Below the pieces are notes generated by a model. That model ran no database searches. It was given only the letters and a program-made list of their open reading frames with translations, and was not told the DNA's origin. This document shows, one piece after another, positions 1 through 9,702 of a DNA stretch of 64,000 bases (the first letter of the stretch is position 1; each line of letters begins with the position of its first letter). This stretch comes from an uncultured Chloroflexia bacterium (GTDB lineage Bacteria > Chloroflexota > Dehalococcoidia > UBA2979), in the NCBI GenBank assembly GCA_963728205.1, contig CAVSIV010000001.1:352001-416000 (forward strand), in the 5' to 3' direction. The position numbers were made by a program, and so were the translations under genes.

Positions 1-300
1 CCCCGGCGCCGGCCGACGCCGCGACCCCCACTGCCCGACCGCGCGCCGACGGAGTCCGCGCCCAGCGCCGGCCGACGCGCCGCCGCGGCCCGCACTGCCC
101 GACCGCGCGCCGACGGAGTCCGCGCCCAGCGCCAGCTGGCGCGCCGCCGCGGCCCCCACTGCCCGACCGCGCGCCGACGGAGTCCGCGCCCAGCGCCAGC
201 CGCCGCGCCGCCGCGGCCCGCACTGCCCGACCGCGCGCCGACGGAGTCCGCGCCCAGCGCCAGCTGGCGCGGACGGAGGAGGATCCCGAGCGCGGCGAAA
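1..300. repeat. 64-bp tandem repeat (4 copies plus partial, cut by window edge) with a unique tail
   Basis: Core CACTGCCCGACCGCGCGCCGACGGAGTCCGCGCCCAGCGCC starts at 29, 93, 157 and 221; linkers are near-identical to each other. Confidence 0.9.
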
Positions 301-412
301 CATTGTCGGATCCGGTGCTCCTGCCTACACTGATTCATCTGGCAGGTGCTCGCCTGCGCCTTCAACATCCGGCCCCTACCGGAATCGGGCGCACCGCCCA
401 GGAGGAATTCGC

Positions 413-727
413 GTGCCTCTGTATGACTATCGTTGTGAAGCCGGACACAAGTACGAGCTGCGCCAGCCGTTCGGCTCGCCGTCCGAGCATCCCTGCGAGA
501 AGTGCGGCAAGCCGGCCCGCCGCGTCCTCCACGCGCGCCCGCTGCTCTTCAAGGGCTCCGGCTTCTACTCGACCGATTCGCGCGGCTCCAGCTCGCGCCG
601 CACCTCGAGCGGCGCGTCGTCGAGCGCGTCCTCGTCCGACGACGCACCTGCCGCGTCGGAGTCGAAGGGCAGCAGCGCGAAGGCGGAGAAGCGGGCCGCG
701 AAGGCCGCCGAGCTCTCCTCGGACTAG
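413..727 (+). CDS. FmdB family zinc-ribbon protein
   Basis: MPLYDYRC..GH, CEKC and [10 protein letters not shown] motifs, Ser-rich tail; GGAGG RBS before GTG. Confidence 0.9.
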   Translation: MPLYDYRCEAGHKYELRQPFGSPSEHPCEKCGKPARRVLHARPLLFKGSGFYSTDSRGSSSRRTSSGASSSASSSDDAPAASESKGSSAKAEKRAAKAAELSSD

Positions 728-740
728 CCGGCGGCCCCCG

Positions 741-1238
741 GTGCGCGCGGTCGTCCAGCGGGTGACGCGCGCCTCGGTCACGGTCGACGGCGACCGCATC
801 GGCGCGATCGACCGGGGGCTACTCGCCTACGTGGGCGCCGCACCGGGCGACGGCGCGGCCGAGGTCGAGTGGCTCGCACGCAAGCTCGCCGAGTTGCGCG
901 TCTTCACCGACGACGCCGGCCGCATGAACCGCTCTGTCGAGGACGTCGGGCGGGCCGTGCTCGTCGTCTCGCAGTTCACGCTCTACGCCGACACCCGCAA
1001 GGGCCGCCGGCCGTCGTTCTTCGATGCCGCGCCGCCCGACGTCGCCGCGCCGCTGATCGACGCGTTGGCGGCGGCGCTGCGCGCGCGCGGGCTCCGCGTC
1101 GAGAGCGGTCGCTTCGGCGCGCACATGCTCGTGGACGCCGTGAACGACGGCCCGGTGACAATCATCCTCGACAGCGCGGAGCGCGACCGCCCGCGCCGCT
1201 CCGCTCACACAGGCGAGCCGCCTGCCGGCGACGCGTAG
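741..1238 (+). CDS. dtd: D-aminoacyl-tRNA deacylase
   Basis: RAVVQRV N-terminus, SQFTL and NDGPVT motifs; real start is GTG 741 inside track ORF 303..1238. Confidence 0.95.
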   Translation: MRAVVQRVTRASVTVDGDRIGAIDRGLLAYVGAAPGDGAAEVEWLARKLAELRVFTDDAGRMNRSVEDVGRAVLVVSQFTLYADTRKGRRPSFFDAAPPDVAAPLIDALAAALRARGLRVESGRFGAHMLVDAVNDGPVTIILDSAERDRPRRSAHTGEPPAGDA

Positions 1239-1996
1239 ACCGCGACCGTCACGTTGTCGACGCCGCCGCGCGCGAGGGCCGCGTCGACGAGCCGCTGCGC
1301 CACGCCGGTGGAGGGGTCGCTCAGGAGCGCGGCGATCTCGTCGTCGGGCAGCATGCCGTGGAGCCCGTCGGAGCAGAGCAGCAGCACGGCGCCGGGCGGG
1401 AGCTCGATGTGATCGAAGACGTCGGCCAGGCCGTCGTTCCCGGCGCCCGTCTCCGTGGCGTCGCCGTCGCGTCCGCCGCGCGTGGTGGGGCCGCCGAGCG
1501 AGCGCGTGATCACGTGGCGGCGGACGGGAACGATGGGGTCGTCGGGCGCGAGCCTGCCGGCGCGGATTTCCTCTTCCACCCACGAGTGGTCGTGCGTGAC
1601 GCGGTGCAGCGGGGCGCCGTCGGCGCCCGCCACGTACGCGCGGCTGTCGCCGACGTTGGCCACGCACGCGCGGCCGTCGCGCACGAGCGCGGCGACGAGC
1701 GTCGTGCTCATGTGCGCGTGTGCGCCCTGCTGGCCGGCGAGGATGCGCCGCCGCGCCTCGGCGATCGCGGCGCGGAGCGCGCCGGCACCGGCGTCGCCAT
1801 CGTCGGCCGCGTCGTCCGCCGCCAGCCGCTCGACGAGCGTGTCCACGGCGATCCGCGACGCGACCTCGCCGCCCGGGTAACCGCCGAGCCCGTCGGCGAC
1901 GACGAGCAGCGCGCCGTCGCCCGGCAGCGCGCGCGTCGCCACGGCGTCCTCGTTGCCGCTGCGCACGAGCCCGCGGTGGGTCGCCTGCTCGAGCAT
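1205..1996 (-). CDS. PP2C/PPM family Ser/Thr protein phosphatase
   Basis: [27 protein letters not shown] and DNVT motifs; GGAGG upstream of ATG 1996. Confidence 0.93.
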   Translation of the reverse strand: MLEQATHRGLVRSGNEDAVATRALPGDGALLVVADGLGGYPGGEVASRIAVDTLVERLAADDAADDGDAGAGALRAAIAEARRRILAGQQGAHAHMSTTLVAALVRDGRACVANVGDSRAYVAGADGAPLHRVTHDHSWVEEEIRAGRLAPDDPIVPVRRHVITRSLGGPTTRGGRDGDATETGAGNDGLADVFDHIELPPGAVLLLCSDGLHGMLPDDEIAALLSDPSTGVAQRLVDAALARGGVDNVTVAVYASPAGGSPV

Positions 1997-2121
1997 GCGC
2001 GTTCCTCCCGGCGTCCGATGCGACGGCCCGCGCATCGCGCGGCGGCCGCTTCACTCCTATCGAGCGTACCCGTGGCGCTCACCCGTAGACGCGCGGGATC
2101 GCCCCGACTAGGCTGACCTCC

Positions 2122-3039
2122 ATGTCGCCGGACGCCCCCGACTCTCCGCCTGCGCGGGTCGTCCTTCCCGACGGCCGTGCGCTCGCCTACGCCGAGTTCG
2201 GCGACCCCGCCGGCGTCCCCTTCATCTTCATGCACGGCGTCCCGTCCTCGCGGCTCGCAGGAATGCTCTTCCACGACGGCGCGTGTCGCCGCGGCGTGCG
2301 AGTGATCGCCCCCGACCGCCCGGGCTACGGGTGGTCGGACCTCAAGCCGGATCGCGCGATCCTCGACTGGCCGGCGGACGTCGTCGCGCTGGCCAATCAC
2401 CTCGGCATCGGGCGCTTCGGCGTCGTGGGGATCAGCGGCGCCGTGCCGTACGTGCTCGCCTGCGCGATGAAGCTGCCGCAACGCGTCAGCCACGTCGCGA
2501 TCATCAGCGGGCTCGGTCCGGTCAAGGAGCCGGGCGTGATGGACGGCATGAACGCCGAAACCGCCACGCTCTACAAGCTCGCGACGCGCTCGCCGCGACT
2601 CGGTCGCATGTGGATGAAGATGCTGGCGCAGACCGCGAAGCGCGCGCCGCTGCTCGTCTACCGGCAGCAGCTGAGCTACCTGCCCGAGGCCGACCGCGCG
2701 GTCTTCGAGCCGACGCACATGCGCGACCACCGTCTCGCCGACTTCGCCGAGGCGTTCCGCCAGGGCTCGACCGGTGCCGGCCAGGAGGCCGTGCTGCACA
2801 TGACGGACTGGGGCTTCCAGCTCTCGGAGGTGCCCGCCGAGGTCTTCCTGTGGCAGGGCGAGGTCGACCGCCACCACCCGCTCGCGATGGGCCGGTACCT
2901 CGCCCGCGAGCTGCCGCGCTGCCGCGCGGAGTTCGTGCCGGAGGTCGGCGCGTTCGGCTTCATCGAGCGCCTCGACCACATCTTCGACGCGCTCATCGGC
3001 TGCCCCGCGGACTTCCGCCTGGATGCGGCCGGGGGTTAG
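2122..3039 (+). CDS. alpha/beta fold hydrolase
   Basis: HGVPSSR, DRPGYG, GISGA nucleophile elbow, WQGEVD. Confidence 0.88.
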   Translation: MSPDAPDSPPARVVLPDGRALAYAEFGDPAGVPFIFMHGVPSSRLAGMLFHDGACRRGVRVIAPDRPGYGWSDLKPDRAILDWPADVVALANHLGIGRFGVVGISGAVPYVLACAMKLPQRVSHVAIISGLGPVKEPGVMDGMNAETATLYKLATRSPRLGRMWMKMLAQTAKRAPLLVYRQQLSYLPEADRAVFEPTHMRDHRLADFAEAFRQGSTGAGQEAVLHMTDWGFQLSEVPAEVFLWQGEVDRHHPLAMGRYLARELPRCRAEFVPEVGAFGFIERLDHIFDALIGCPADFRLDAAGG

Positions 3040-3233
3040 GCGAGCAGGGGCAGGCGGCTGCTCCCGGCCCCAGCGAACACCGACGTTCCTCTCCAACGTT
3101 CATGTTTCGCGAGCTGCTATGAGCGCGAGCGCGCCCGGCGATCGCCGTGCTCGGACCGGGCGCATGCCCCCTGCTTGCCGCGCCGCCGGTCACGTCCCCG
3201 TCGCCGTTTGACGTCGACGCCGATCCTGTTCGT

Positions 3234-4685
3234 ATGGCCCAGATCACCGAAGTGCGTGTCGAGCCGAAGCCCCTGGAGCGGTTCGCGCCGCTGATCGGCG
3301 CGGACGCCGTGGCGGCAGCGGACGAGCACGCGCAGCGCGTGCGCGAGCGGCTGGGCGCGCATTCCGTGTGGAACGTGAACTCGACCGCGACCGGCGGCGG
3401 CGTCGCGGAGATGCTCGCCACGCTGCTCGCCTATCCGCGCGACCGCGGCATCGACGTCCGCTGGGTCGTGATCGAGGGCTCGGTCGAGTTCTTCCGTATC
3501 ACGAAGCGGCTGCACCACGCGCTGCACGGGTCCCCCGGCGGCAGTGCCGCGCTCGACGACGACGACCGCGCCATCTACGAGCTCGTGCTCAACGACAACG
3601 CCGAGGAGTTGCTTCGCTTGATGACGCCCGGCGACGTCGTGATCCTGCACGACCCGCAGACCGCCGGGCTCGCGCCGCGCCTGCGCGAGGCGGGCATGTT
3701 CGTCATCTGGCGCTCCCACGTCGGCACCGACGACCACGCGAGCCGCGACGTCGTGCTCGGCTGGCGCTTCCTCCTGCCGTACGTGCGCGGCGTGCCGATC
3801 GCGATCTTCAGTCGCCGCGCGTACATCCCCGACGCGCTCGGCGACGGGCGCGCCCTTGTGATCCCGCCGTCGATCGACCCGTTCTCGCCGAAGAGCGAGC
3901 CGCTCGACCCCGTCACCGTCCGCGCGGTGCTCGAGCGCGCCGGCCTGCTCGCGGGGCCGGGCGCCGACAGGCCCGCGACGTTCACCGGCGTCGACGGGGC
4001 GCCGCGCACGGTCGACCGCAGCGCCGACGTGGTGCGCGACGGCGGGCCGGCGGCGCCGGACGCGCCGCTGGTCGTGCAGGTCTCGCGGTGGGATCCGCTG
4101 AAGGACCCGATCGGGGTGATGGACGGGTTCGCGCGAATGGTCTCCGCCGGCCGCGGCGGCGCGGGCGCGACCCTGCTGCTCGCCGGCCCGCAGGTCACCG
4201 GCGTCGCCGACGATCCGGAAGCAGGCGTCGTGCTCCGCGACGCGATTGGCCACTGGGAGTCGCTGCCCGACGCGGTGCGCTCGCGCATCCAGCTCGCGTC
4301 GCTGCCGACGGCGGACGTCGTCGAGAACGCGAGCATCGTGGACGCGCTGCAGAGTCACGCGAGCGTCATCGTGCAGAAGAGCCTGCGCGAGGGGTTCGGG
4401 CTGTCCGTGACCGAGGCGATGTGGAAGGCGCGGCCGGTCGTCGCGAGCGCGGTGGGCGGCATCGTCGACCAGGTCGAGGACGGTCGGTCGGGCGTGCTCG
4501 TGGACGACCCGCGCGACCGCGACGCGTTTGCGACGAAGCTCGCCGGGCTGCTCGAGAACCCCGAGCGCGCGGAGTCGCTGGGCGCGGCGGCCCGCGAACG
4601 GGTGCGCGAGGAGTTCCTCCCGGTGCGGCACCTCGTGCAGTACGCGCAGCTGATCGAGCGCTGCATGGAGGCGGCATCGACGTAA
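3234..4685 (+). CDS. GT4 glycosyltransferase, TreT (trehalose synthase)-like
   Basis: NSTATGGGVAEML, HDPQ, SRWDPLKDP and QKSLREGFGL motifs. Confidence 0.85.
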   Translation: MAQITEVRVEPKPLERFAPLIGADAVAAADEHAQRVRERLGAHSVWNVNSTATGGGVAEMLATLLAYPRDRGIDVRWVVIEGSVEFFRITKRLHHALHGSPGGSAALDDDDRAIYELVLNDNAEELLRLMTPGDVVILHDPQTAGLAPRLREAGMFVIWRSHVGTDDHASRDVVLGWRFLLPYVRGVPIAIFSRRAYIPDALGDGRALVIPPSIDPFSPKSEPLDPVTVRAVLERAGLLAGPGADRPATFTGVDGAPRTVDRSADVVRDGGPAAPDAPLVVQVSRWDPLKDPIGVMDGFARMVSAGRGGAGATLLLAGPQVTGVADDPEAGVVLRDAIGHWESLPDAVRSRIQLASLPTADVVENASIVDALQSHASVIVQKSLREGFGLSVTEAMWKARPVVASAVGGIVDQVEDGRSGVLVDDPRDRDAFATKLAGLLENPERAESLGAAARERVREEFLPVRHLVQYAQLIERCMEAAST

Positions 4686-4827
4686 TGCGCGCCGGTCCGA
4701 CGCGGGCATGCTGCCGCGCCGCCGCGCGGCCCGCCCACACACCTGCCGAGGGATCGACCGTCCCGGCGGCCCGGCCTAGACTCGAGCCCCCACCGTCTCC
4801 GCTGATGCCCGCCTGAAGGGCCGCCGC

Positions 4828-5964
4828 ATGCGCCTCCGCCGGATCGCGATGCTCGCGCTCACCGCCGCCGCCGTCGCGGCCGTCGCGGCGCTCGCCGCCT
4901 GCGGCGGCGGGCACGCCACGCCGACCGTGTCGCCGCAGCAGTTCGGCGACCTCGCGGTCGACGTCGGGACGGCGCTCGACACGCCCGCTCCCGACTTCGC
5001 GCTCACCGATCAGTTCGGGCAGCCCGTGTCGCTGAGCCAGTTCCGCGGCAGGGTCGTTGTGATGGCGTTCATCGACAGCGAGTGCACGACGATCTGTCCG
5101 TTGACGACGGAGTCGATGCGCAACGCCGTGCGGTTGCTGCCGGCAGACCAGCGGACGAACGTCGTGCTGCTGGGCGTGAACGCGAACCCGCGGGCGACGG
5201 CCGTGAGCGACGCGAAGGCGTACTCGATCGCACACGGCATCGAGAACGCGTGGCGGTTCGCGACGGGGACGCCGGCGCAACTCGAGGCCGTGTGGAAGGC
5301 CTACTCGATCGATGTGCAGGTGCGGCAGGGCGAGATTGACCACACGCCGGCGCTCTACGTGATCGACCCGCAGGGCCGCGAGCGCCGGCTGTTCCTGACG
5401 AGCATGCAGTTCTCGGCGCTCGCGCCGGAGACGTGGGTGCTCGCGCAGGCGGTGGCGGACCAGCTGCCGGGCCACCCGTCCGTGTCGCAGCCGAGCGACG
5501 TCGTGCACCTGCCTCCGGCGATGACGGCGGCGACCGCGCCCTCGCTGCCGAACGCCAACCCCGCGGCGGCGGCCGTCGCCGGCGCCACGCCGATTGTGCT
5601 GGGGAGTGGCGAGCCGCGGCTCGCCATCTTCTTCGCGACATGGGTGCCGGGCGCGGCGCAGGCGCTGGCGGACCTCGGGACGTACGGGGGCGCGGACGGG
5701 GGGCTGCCGCCGCTGGTCGCGGTCGACATCGGCAACACGGAGCCGTCCGCCGACGCGCTGCCCACGTTCCTGGCGAACGCGCCGTCGCGGATCGCGCTGC
5801 CGATCGTCGTTGACGCGCGCGGCGCGATCGCGGACGCGTACGGCGTCGAGGACCTGCCGTGGATCACGCTGACGTCGGCGACCGGCGAGGTGCTGTGGTC
5901 GCACGCCGGCTTCGAGCCGGCCGACCAGCTGGCCCGCGACGTGAAGGCGGCGCTGGGCGGGTAG
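4828..5964 (+). CDS. SCO-family lipoprotein fused to a second thioredoxin-like domain lacking CxxC
   Basis: Lipobox LAAC; CTTIC (CxxxC) plus distal His (IDHT); C-terminal FFATW-VPG TlpA-like domain. Confidence 0.8.
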   Translation: MRLRRIAMLALTAAAVAAVAALAACGGGHATPTVSPQQFGDLAVDVGTALDTPAPDFALTDQFGQPVSLSQFRGRVVVMAFIDSECTTICPLTTESMRNAVRLLPADQRTNVVLLGVNANPRATAVSDAKAYSIAHGIENAWRFATGTPAQLEAVWKAYSIDVQVRQGEIDHTPALYVIDPQGRERRLFLTSMQFSALAPETWVLAQAVADQLPGHPSVSQPSDVVHLPPAMTAATAPSLPNANPAAAAVAGATPIVLGSGEPRLAIFFATWVPGAAQALADLGTYGGADGGLPPLVAVDIGNTEPSADALPTFLANAPSRIALPIVVDARGAIADAYGVEDLPWITLTSATGEVLWSHAGFEPADQLARDVKAALGG

Positions 5965-5983
5965 GCGGCAGGACCGCGGGCAT

Positions 5984-6040
5984 CACCCACAGCGGCGGCA
6001 GATATGCCGCCGACCCGCCGGGGGCAGATCTGCCGCCGTT
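5984..6040. repeat. REP-like palindrome (AGCGGCGGCAGAYATGCCGCCGAC family), degenerate inverted doublet
   Basis: Full copy 5991-6014, degenerate inverted copy 6019-6040, between convergent genes. Confidence 0.8.
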
Positions 6041-6107
6041 GCCCGAGGCACGGTTGGCGAGCGCCGCGATCCGGTCGCTTCCGCTCCCGGCTCGAAGCGC
6101 CCCCCGC

Positions 6108-6180
6108 GCCGACCGCGTGCCGACGGAGGCCGCGCCCGGCGCCAGCCGACGCGGCCGGAGGAGGATCAGAGCGCGGCGAA
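6108..6180. repeat. Diverged single copy of the last unit plus tail of the 64-bp array at 1-300
   Basis: CCGACCGCGTGCCGACGGAGGCCGCGCCCGGCGCCAGC...GGAGGAGGATC..GAGCGCGGCGAA aligns with about 226-299. Confidence 0.75.
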
Positions 6181-7362
6181 TCACGGCACGCGCAGCGCCT
6201 GGCCGATCCGGATGTACCCCCGGTCGCTGATGCCGTTCACCTGCGCGATGCGGTCCGGCGTCGTGTGCCAGCGCGCGGCGAGCCCGATCAGCGTGTCGCC
6301 GGGCTGCACCTGGTAGGTCGTCGGTGCGGGCGGCGGCGCATGGCCAGACGGCGGCACCACGAGATGCTGGCCGATGCGCACCATGTTCGCGTCCGACAGG
6401 TGGTTCCACTGGACGATCGCGTCGACCGACGTCCCCCAGTCGATCGCGAGGGCACCCAGCGAGTCGCCGGAGCGCACGACGTAGGTGCCGGGCGGCGGGT
6501 TCTGCTTCAGCAGCTCGAGGACGCGCGTCGACGTCGTGCCGAGCCGCCAGACGGAGATCGAGCGCGCGCGATGCGAGTACGACTGGTCGATGAACTGCTT
6601 CCAGGTCTTCGTGCTGTCGTCGATGCCGGGGCCGATCGGCATCAGCGGCATCGCGGGCAGCTCGAGGGCGCCGATCTTGCGCGCGGCGGCGTCGAGCGCG
6701 AACGCCGGGGTGACGCCGGCCGCGCCCGGGTCCTCGCCCTCGCTGCGGTACTTCTTGATGTTGTTCGCCGTCGCGAAGTCGGTCCAGTAGACCTGCGGCG
6801 CGATGGCGCTGGCGAACGACGCGAACTCGCGCAGCGGGATGCGCGACATCTCCCACGGGCGGGCGTCGACGGTGACGAGCACCGACGCGTCCGGCCGCAG
6901 CTTGCGCAGCAGCTTGCCGTAGAGGCCTGCCGCCGCCGCCGATCCCGTCCAGAAGCCGGGGTACGACTCGAGGTCGACGAAGAGGCCGCGCGTGCCGGCG
7001 CCGAGGACGTCGGCGGCCATCGTCGCTTCCCTGACCGGGTCGGTGCCGTGGACGACGCACCAGCAGTAGAAGGGCACGCCGCGCGACTCGAAGGTGTCGG
7101 CCAGCTGCGCGATGCGCTTCGGTCCGCTGACGGCGGACTTCGAGTGGTCGTACTTCGCCATCCACTCGACGCCGTCGTGGCTTTTCAGCGCGATGCCGAG
7201 CCCGTAGGCGGCCAGCGTCTCGATAATCGGCTCGGGCGGGCCGTCGCGCGTGAAGTCCCACACCCAGGCGAGGTGGCTCGATGGGAGGACGAGCGCGCCC
7301 GCGGCGCCGGCTGCGCCCGCGAGAAAGCGACGGCGCGTGACGTGTCGTGGGGAGCCGGGCAT
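6181..7362 (-). CDS. Tat-exported putative glycoside hydrolase-like protein with two C-terminal LysM domains
   Basis: TRRRFL Tat motif; YVVRSGDSL and YQVQPGDTL LysM repeats; DLE acidic motif; paralog at 52459-53475. Confidence 0.8.
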   Translation of the reverse strand: MPGSPRHVTRRRFLAGAAGAAGALVLPSSHLAWVWDFTRDGPPEPIIETLAAYGLGIALKSHDGVEWMAKYDHSKSAVSGPKRIAQLADTFESRGVPFYCWCVVHGTDPVREATMAADVLGAGTRGLFVDLESYPGFWTGSAAAAGLYGKLLRKLRPDASVLVTVDARPWEMSRIPLREFASFASAIAPQVYWTDFATANNIKKYRSEGEDPGAAGVTPAFALDAAARKIGALELPAMPLMPIGPGIDDSTKTWKQFIDQSYSHRARSISVWRLGTTSTRVLELLKQNPPPGTYVVRSGDSLGALAIDWGTSVDAIVQWNHLSDANMVRIGQHLVVPPSGHAPPPAPTTYQVQPGDTLIGLAARWHTTPDRIAQVNGISDRGYIRIGQALRVP

Positions 7363-7651
7363 CCGAGCGGGCCTTCCCTGGGGAGACGCCCGGAGCATAG
7401 AACTGCTAAAGCGCGAAGATCGATTCTCGTTATCGTCGCCTCCGAGCGGCCAACGGCGAGCGAGGTGCCGCGGGCGTGGAGAGCGCGCGGATTCAGCCAA
7501 GTTCGCGGATTTGCGGGACTTAGCGCGCGAGATCGCGAGCGACGGCACCGGCGAGCGTCCGTCGGGAGACGGAGCTCCTCGCCTGCCTGGAGACGAAACC
7601 GGGGTGGCTCGACGAGCCACCCCGGTTCGGTTCACCAACCGGCTCGCGGCG

Positions 7652-9433
7652 TTAGGCGTCGAGCCAGTACCACATCACCGACTCGGTGCCGCCACCGTAG
7701 CCGCGGGTGCGGCGCACGCCGTGCACCCGCGCGCCGAAGCCGTCCCACGTCGTGGTCGAGCTCGACTGCGCCGGCACGTAGTACATCTGGTCGCCCTGCT
7801 TGCGCTGCATGTCGTAGAAGATCTGCGTCCGCGCCTGCGGGTCGAGCTCCACGGCCTGCTTCTTGACCAGGTCCTCCATCTCCGGCTCGAGGACGCGCCC
7901 GTGGTTGGCGGGGTCCTTCGAGAACAGCCGCTGGGCATAGCCGCCCGGGGTCAGCGTGCTCTCGAGGCCGTAGACGATGCCCTGGAAGTCGCCCAGGAAC
8001 GTGTGCGTGATGTACTTGCTGTTGTAGTCCTGCACCTCGGGCGTGAGCTTGAAGCCCGCCTCCGTGAGCATGTTGCCGGCAGCCTCCGCCAGGCTCACGA
8101 ACGTGTCGCCGTAGCGGTTCGTGTACTGGTACGGCATCGCCGTGTCGGTCACGCCCGCCGCCTGCAGCAGCTTCTTCGCCTCGTCCGGGTTGTGCTTGAA
8201 GTACTTCGTGAAGTCGCCGTTCGACGCCTGGCTCGGGTCGAGCCAGTAACGCGGCCCGAAGGCGCACGGCTCCGGGATGTTGTTCCAGCGCACGAGGATC
8301 GGCGAGTCGAAGCCGGCCGCCCGCAGCGCCTTCGCGTTGCCGGCGAGGTCGAGCAGGCCGTCGCGGTCGATGGCCATCGACGCCGCCTGGCGGACGCGCG
8401 CGTCGCGCCACGGGGCGTCGGGGCTCACGTCCTTGCCGGAGAACGCGAGCCACGACATGCCGTTGCCCGTGCCCGGCTCCCACGAGAACTTCGGGTAGCG
8501 CTTCTTCATGTCGAGCAGGTCGTTGGCGGCGATCGACGCGTGGTCCACGTTCCCGGCCTCGAACTGCGCCTTCACGGCCGCGTTCTCCGGGATGATCGCC
8601 TGCTCGATGCCGTCGAGGTACGGCAGGCCCTTCACGAAGTAGTCCGGGTGCTTCGCCATCGTCAGCTTCGACGAGGCGACGTACTCGGTCATCATGAACG
8701 GCCCGCTGCCGATCGGCTTGAGCGACGGGTCGAATCCGCCGTCGGCCTCCTGCGGCTGGATGTAGAGCAGGTTCGCGTCGGCGAGCAGCTCGTGGAACTC
8801 CGGCGAGGGTGCGGCCAGCGTGAACTTCAGCGTGTAGTCGTCGACCGCCGTCACGTCGGTGACGTTCTTCACCTGCACGCCGTTTGGCGACTTGGGGTCG
8901 CTCAGGCGCTTGAACGAGAAGACGACGTCCTGGGCGGTCATCTCGCGGCCGTTGACCGGCGCGATGTTCTGGAACTTGATGCCCTTCTTGAGCTTCACCG
9001 TCCAGTGCTGGCCGTCCTGGCCCTCGACGCTCTCGGCGGCGTCGGGCGTGGGCAGGCGGTCGAAGGGGTCGGCGCCCTCGGCCGTGTCAATCTTCATCAG
9101 GCGGCTGTAGACGTAGGCCGAGAAGGTCTTCGTCGTGAAGCTGCCGGCCTTCATCGGGTCGAGGTTGGTGGGGTCGCCGCCAATCGCGTCGCGGTAGGTG
9201 CCGCCCGACTTCGGCTGCATCGCGGCGGCGGTGCCGGAGGCGGCCGCGCTCGCCGCTGCCGTCGCCGCGCCGCCGGTGCCACCGGCTGCTGCCGTGGCGG
9301 TCGCGTCGTTGCTGCTGCCGCAGCCGATCAGTGCCGCACCGGCGAGGCCGGCACCCGCGACGCCGGCGCCGCGGAGCACCGTGCGCCGTGAGACGCGTCG
9401 CCGCGCCTGTCCCGTCCAGTAATTCGTGTCCAT
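7652..9433 (-). CDS. ABC transporter substrate-binding protein (family 5, peptide/nickel type), Tat lipoprotein
   Basis: SRRTVL plus LIGC lipobox; LDP, GIKFQN, PIGSGPF and DARVRQA motifs; no permease adjacent. Confidence 0.92.
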   Translation of the reverse strand: MDTNYWTGQARRRVSRRTVLRGAGVAGAGLAGAALIGCGSSNDATATAAAGGTGGAATAAASAAASGTAAAMQPKSGGTYRDAIGGDPTNLDPMKAGSFTTKTFSAYVYSRLMKIDTAEGADPFDRLPTPDAAESVEGQDGQHWTVKLKKGIKFQNIAPVNGREMTAQDVVFSFKRLSDPKSPNGVQVKNVTDVTAVDDYTLKFTLAAPSPEFHELLADANLLYIQPQEADGGFDPSLKPIGSGPFMMTEYVASSKLTMAKHPDYFVKGLPYLDGIEQAIIPENAAVKAQFEAGNVDHASIAANDLLDMKKRYPKFSWEPGTGNGMSWLAFSGKDVSPDAPWRDARVRQAASMAIDRDGLLDLAGNAKALRAAGFDSPILVRWNNIPEPCAFGPRYWLDPSQASNGDFTKYFKHNPDEAKKLLQAAGVTDTAMPYQYTNRYGDTFVSLAEAAGNMLTEAGFKLTPEVQDYNSKYITHTFLGDFQGIVYGLESTLTPGGYAQRLFSKDPANHGRVLEPEMEDLVKKQAVELDPQARTQIFYDMQRKQGDQMYYVPAQSSSTTTWDGFGARVHGVRRTRGYGGGTESVMWYWLDA

Positions 9434-9567
9434 GCAGTCCCCTCTCGTCCGGTCCGGTGAGCGAAATGGCGCGCACCCACCGCCCCCGCCGCCGGCGGAC
9501 GCGCACCACGAGGTGCGAGCCTAGGGGGCTCCCGGCGTTGGGAGACTTCACGCGGAATCAGTCCACT

Positions 9568-9582
9568 ATTGCAATTGCTTAT
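9568..9582. promoter_or_regulatory. Candidate LysR-type operator (T-N11-A)
   Basis: AT-rich dyad ATTGCAATTGCTTAT between the LysR gene and the substrate-binding protein gene. Confidence 0.45.
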
Positions 9583-9702
9583 TAACGGGCGGCCCGCGCG
9601 ATGCGTACCGAATGTACGCGATCGCCACGCGTTCCCCATTGAGCGGTCCGGCTATTCACGCGGCGACTACATATGCAATCGAAGTGCCGACGACGCGACA
9701 CG

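Noticed and set aside
1-300. CRISPR array
   Set aside because: Inter-repeat segments are near-identical rather than unique spacers; no cas genes in the window
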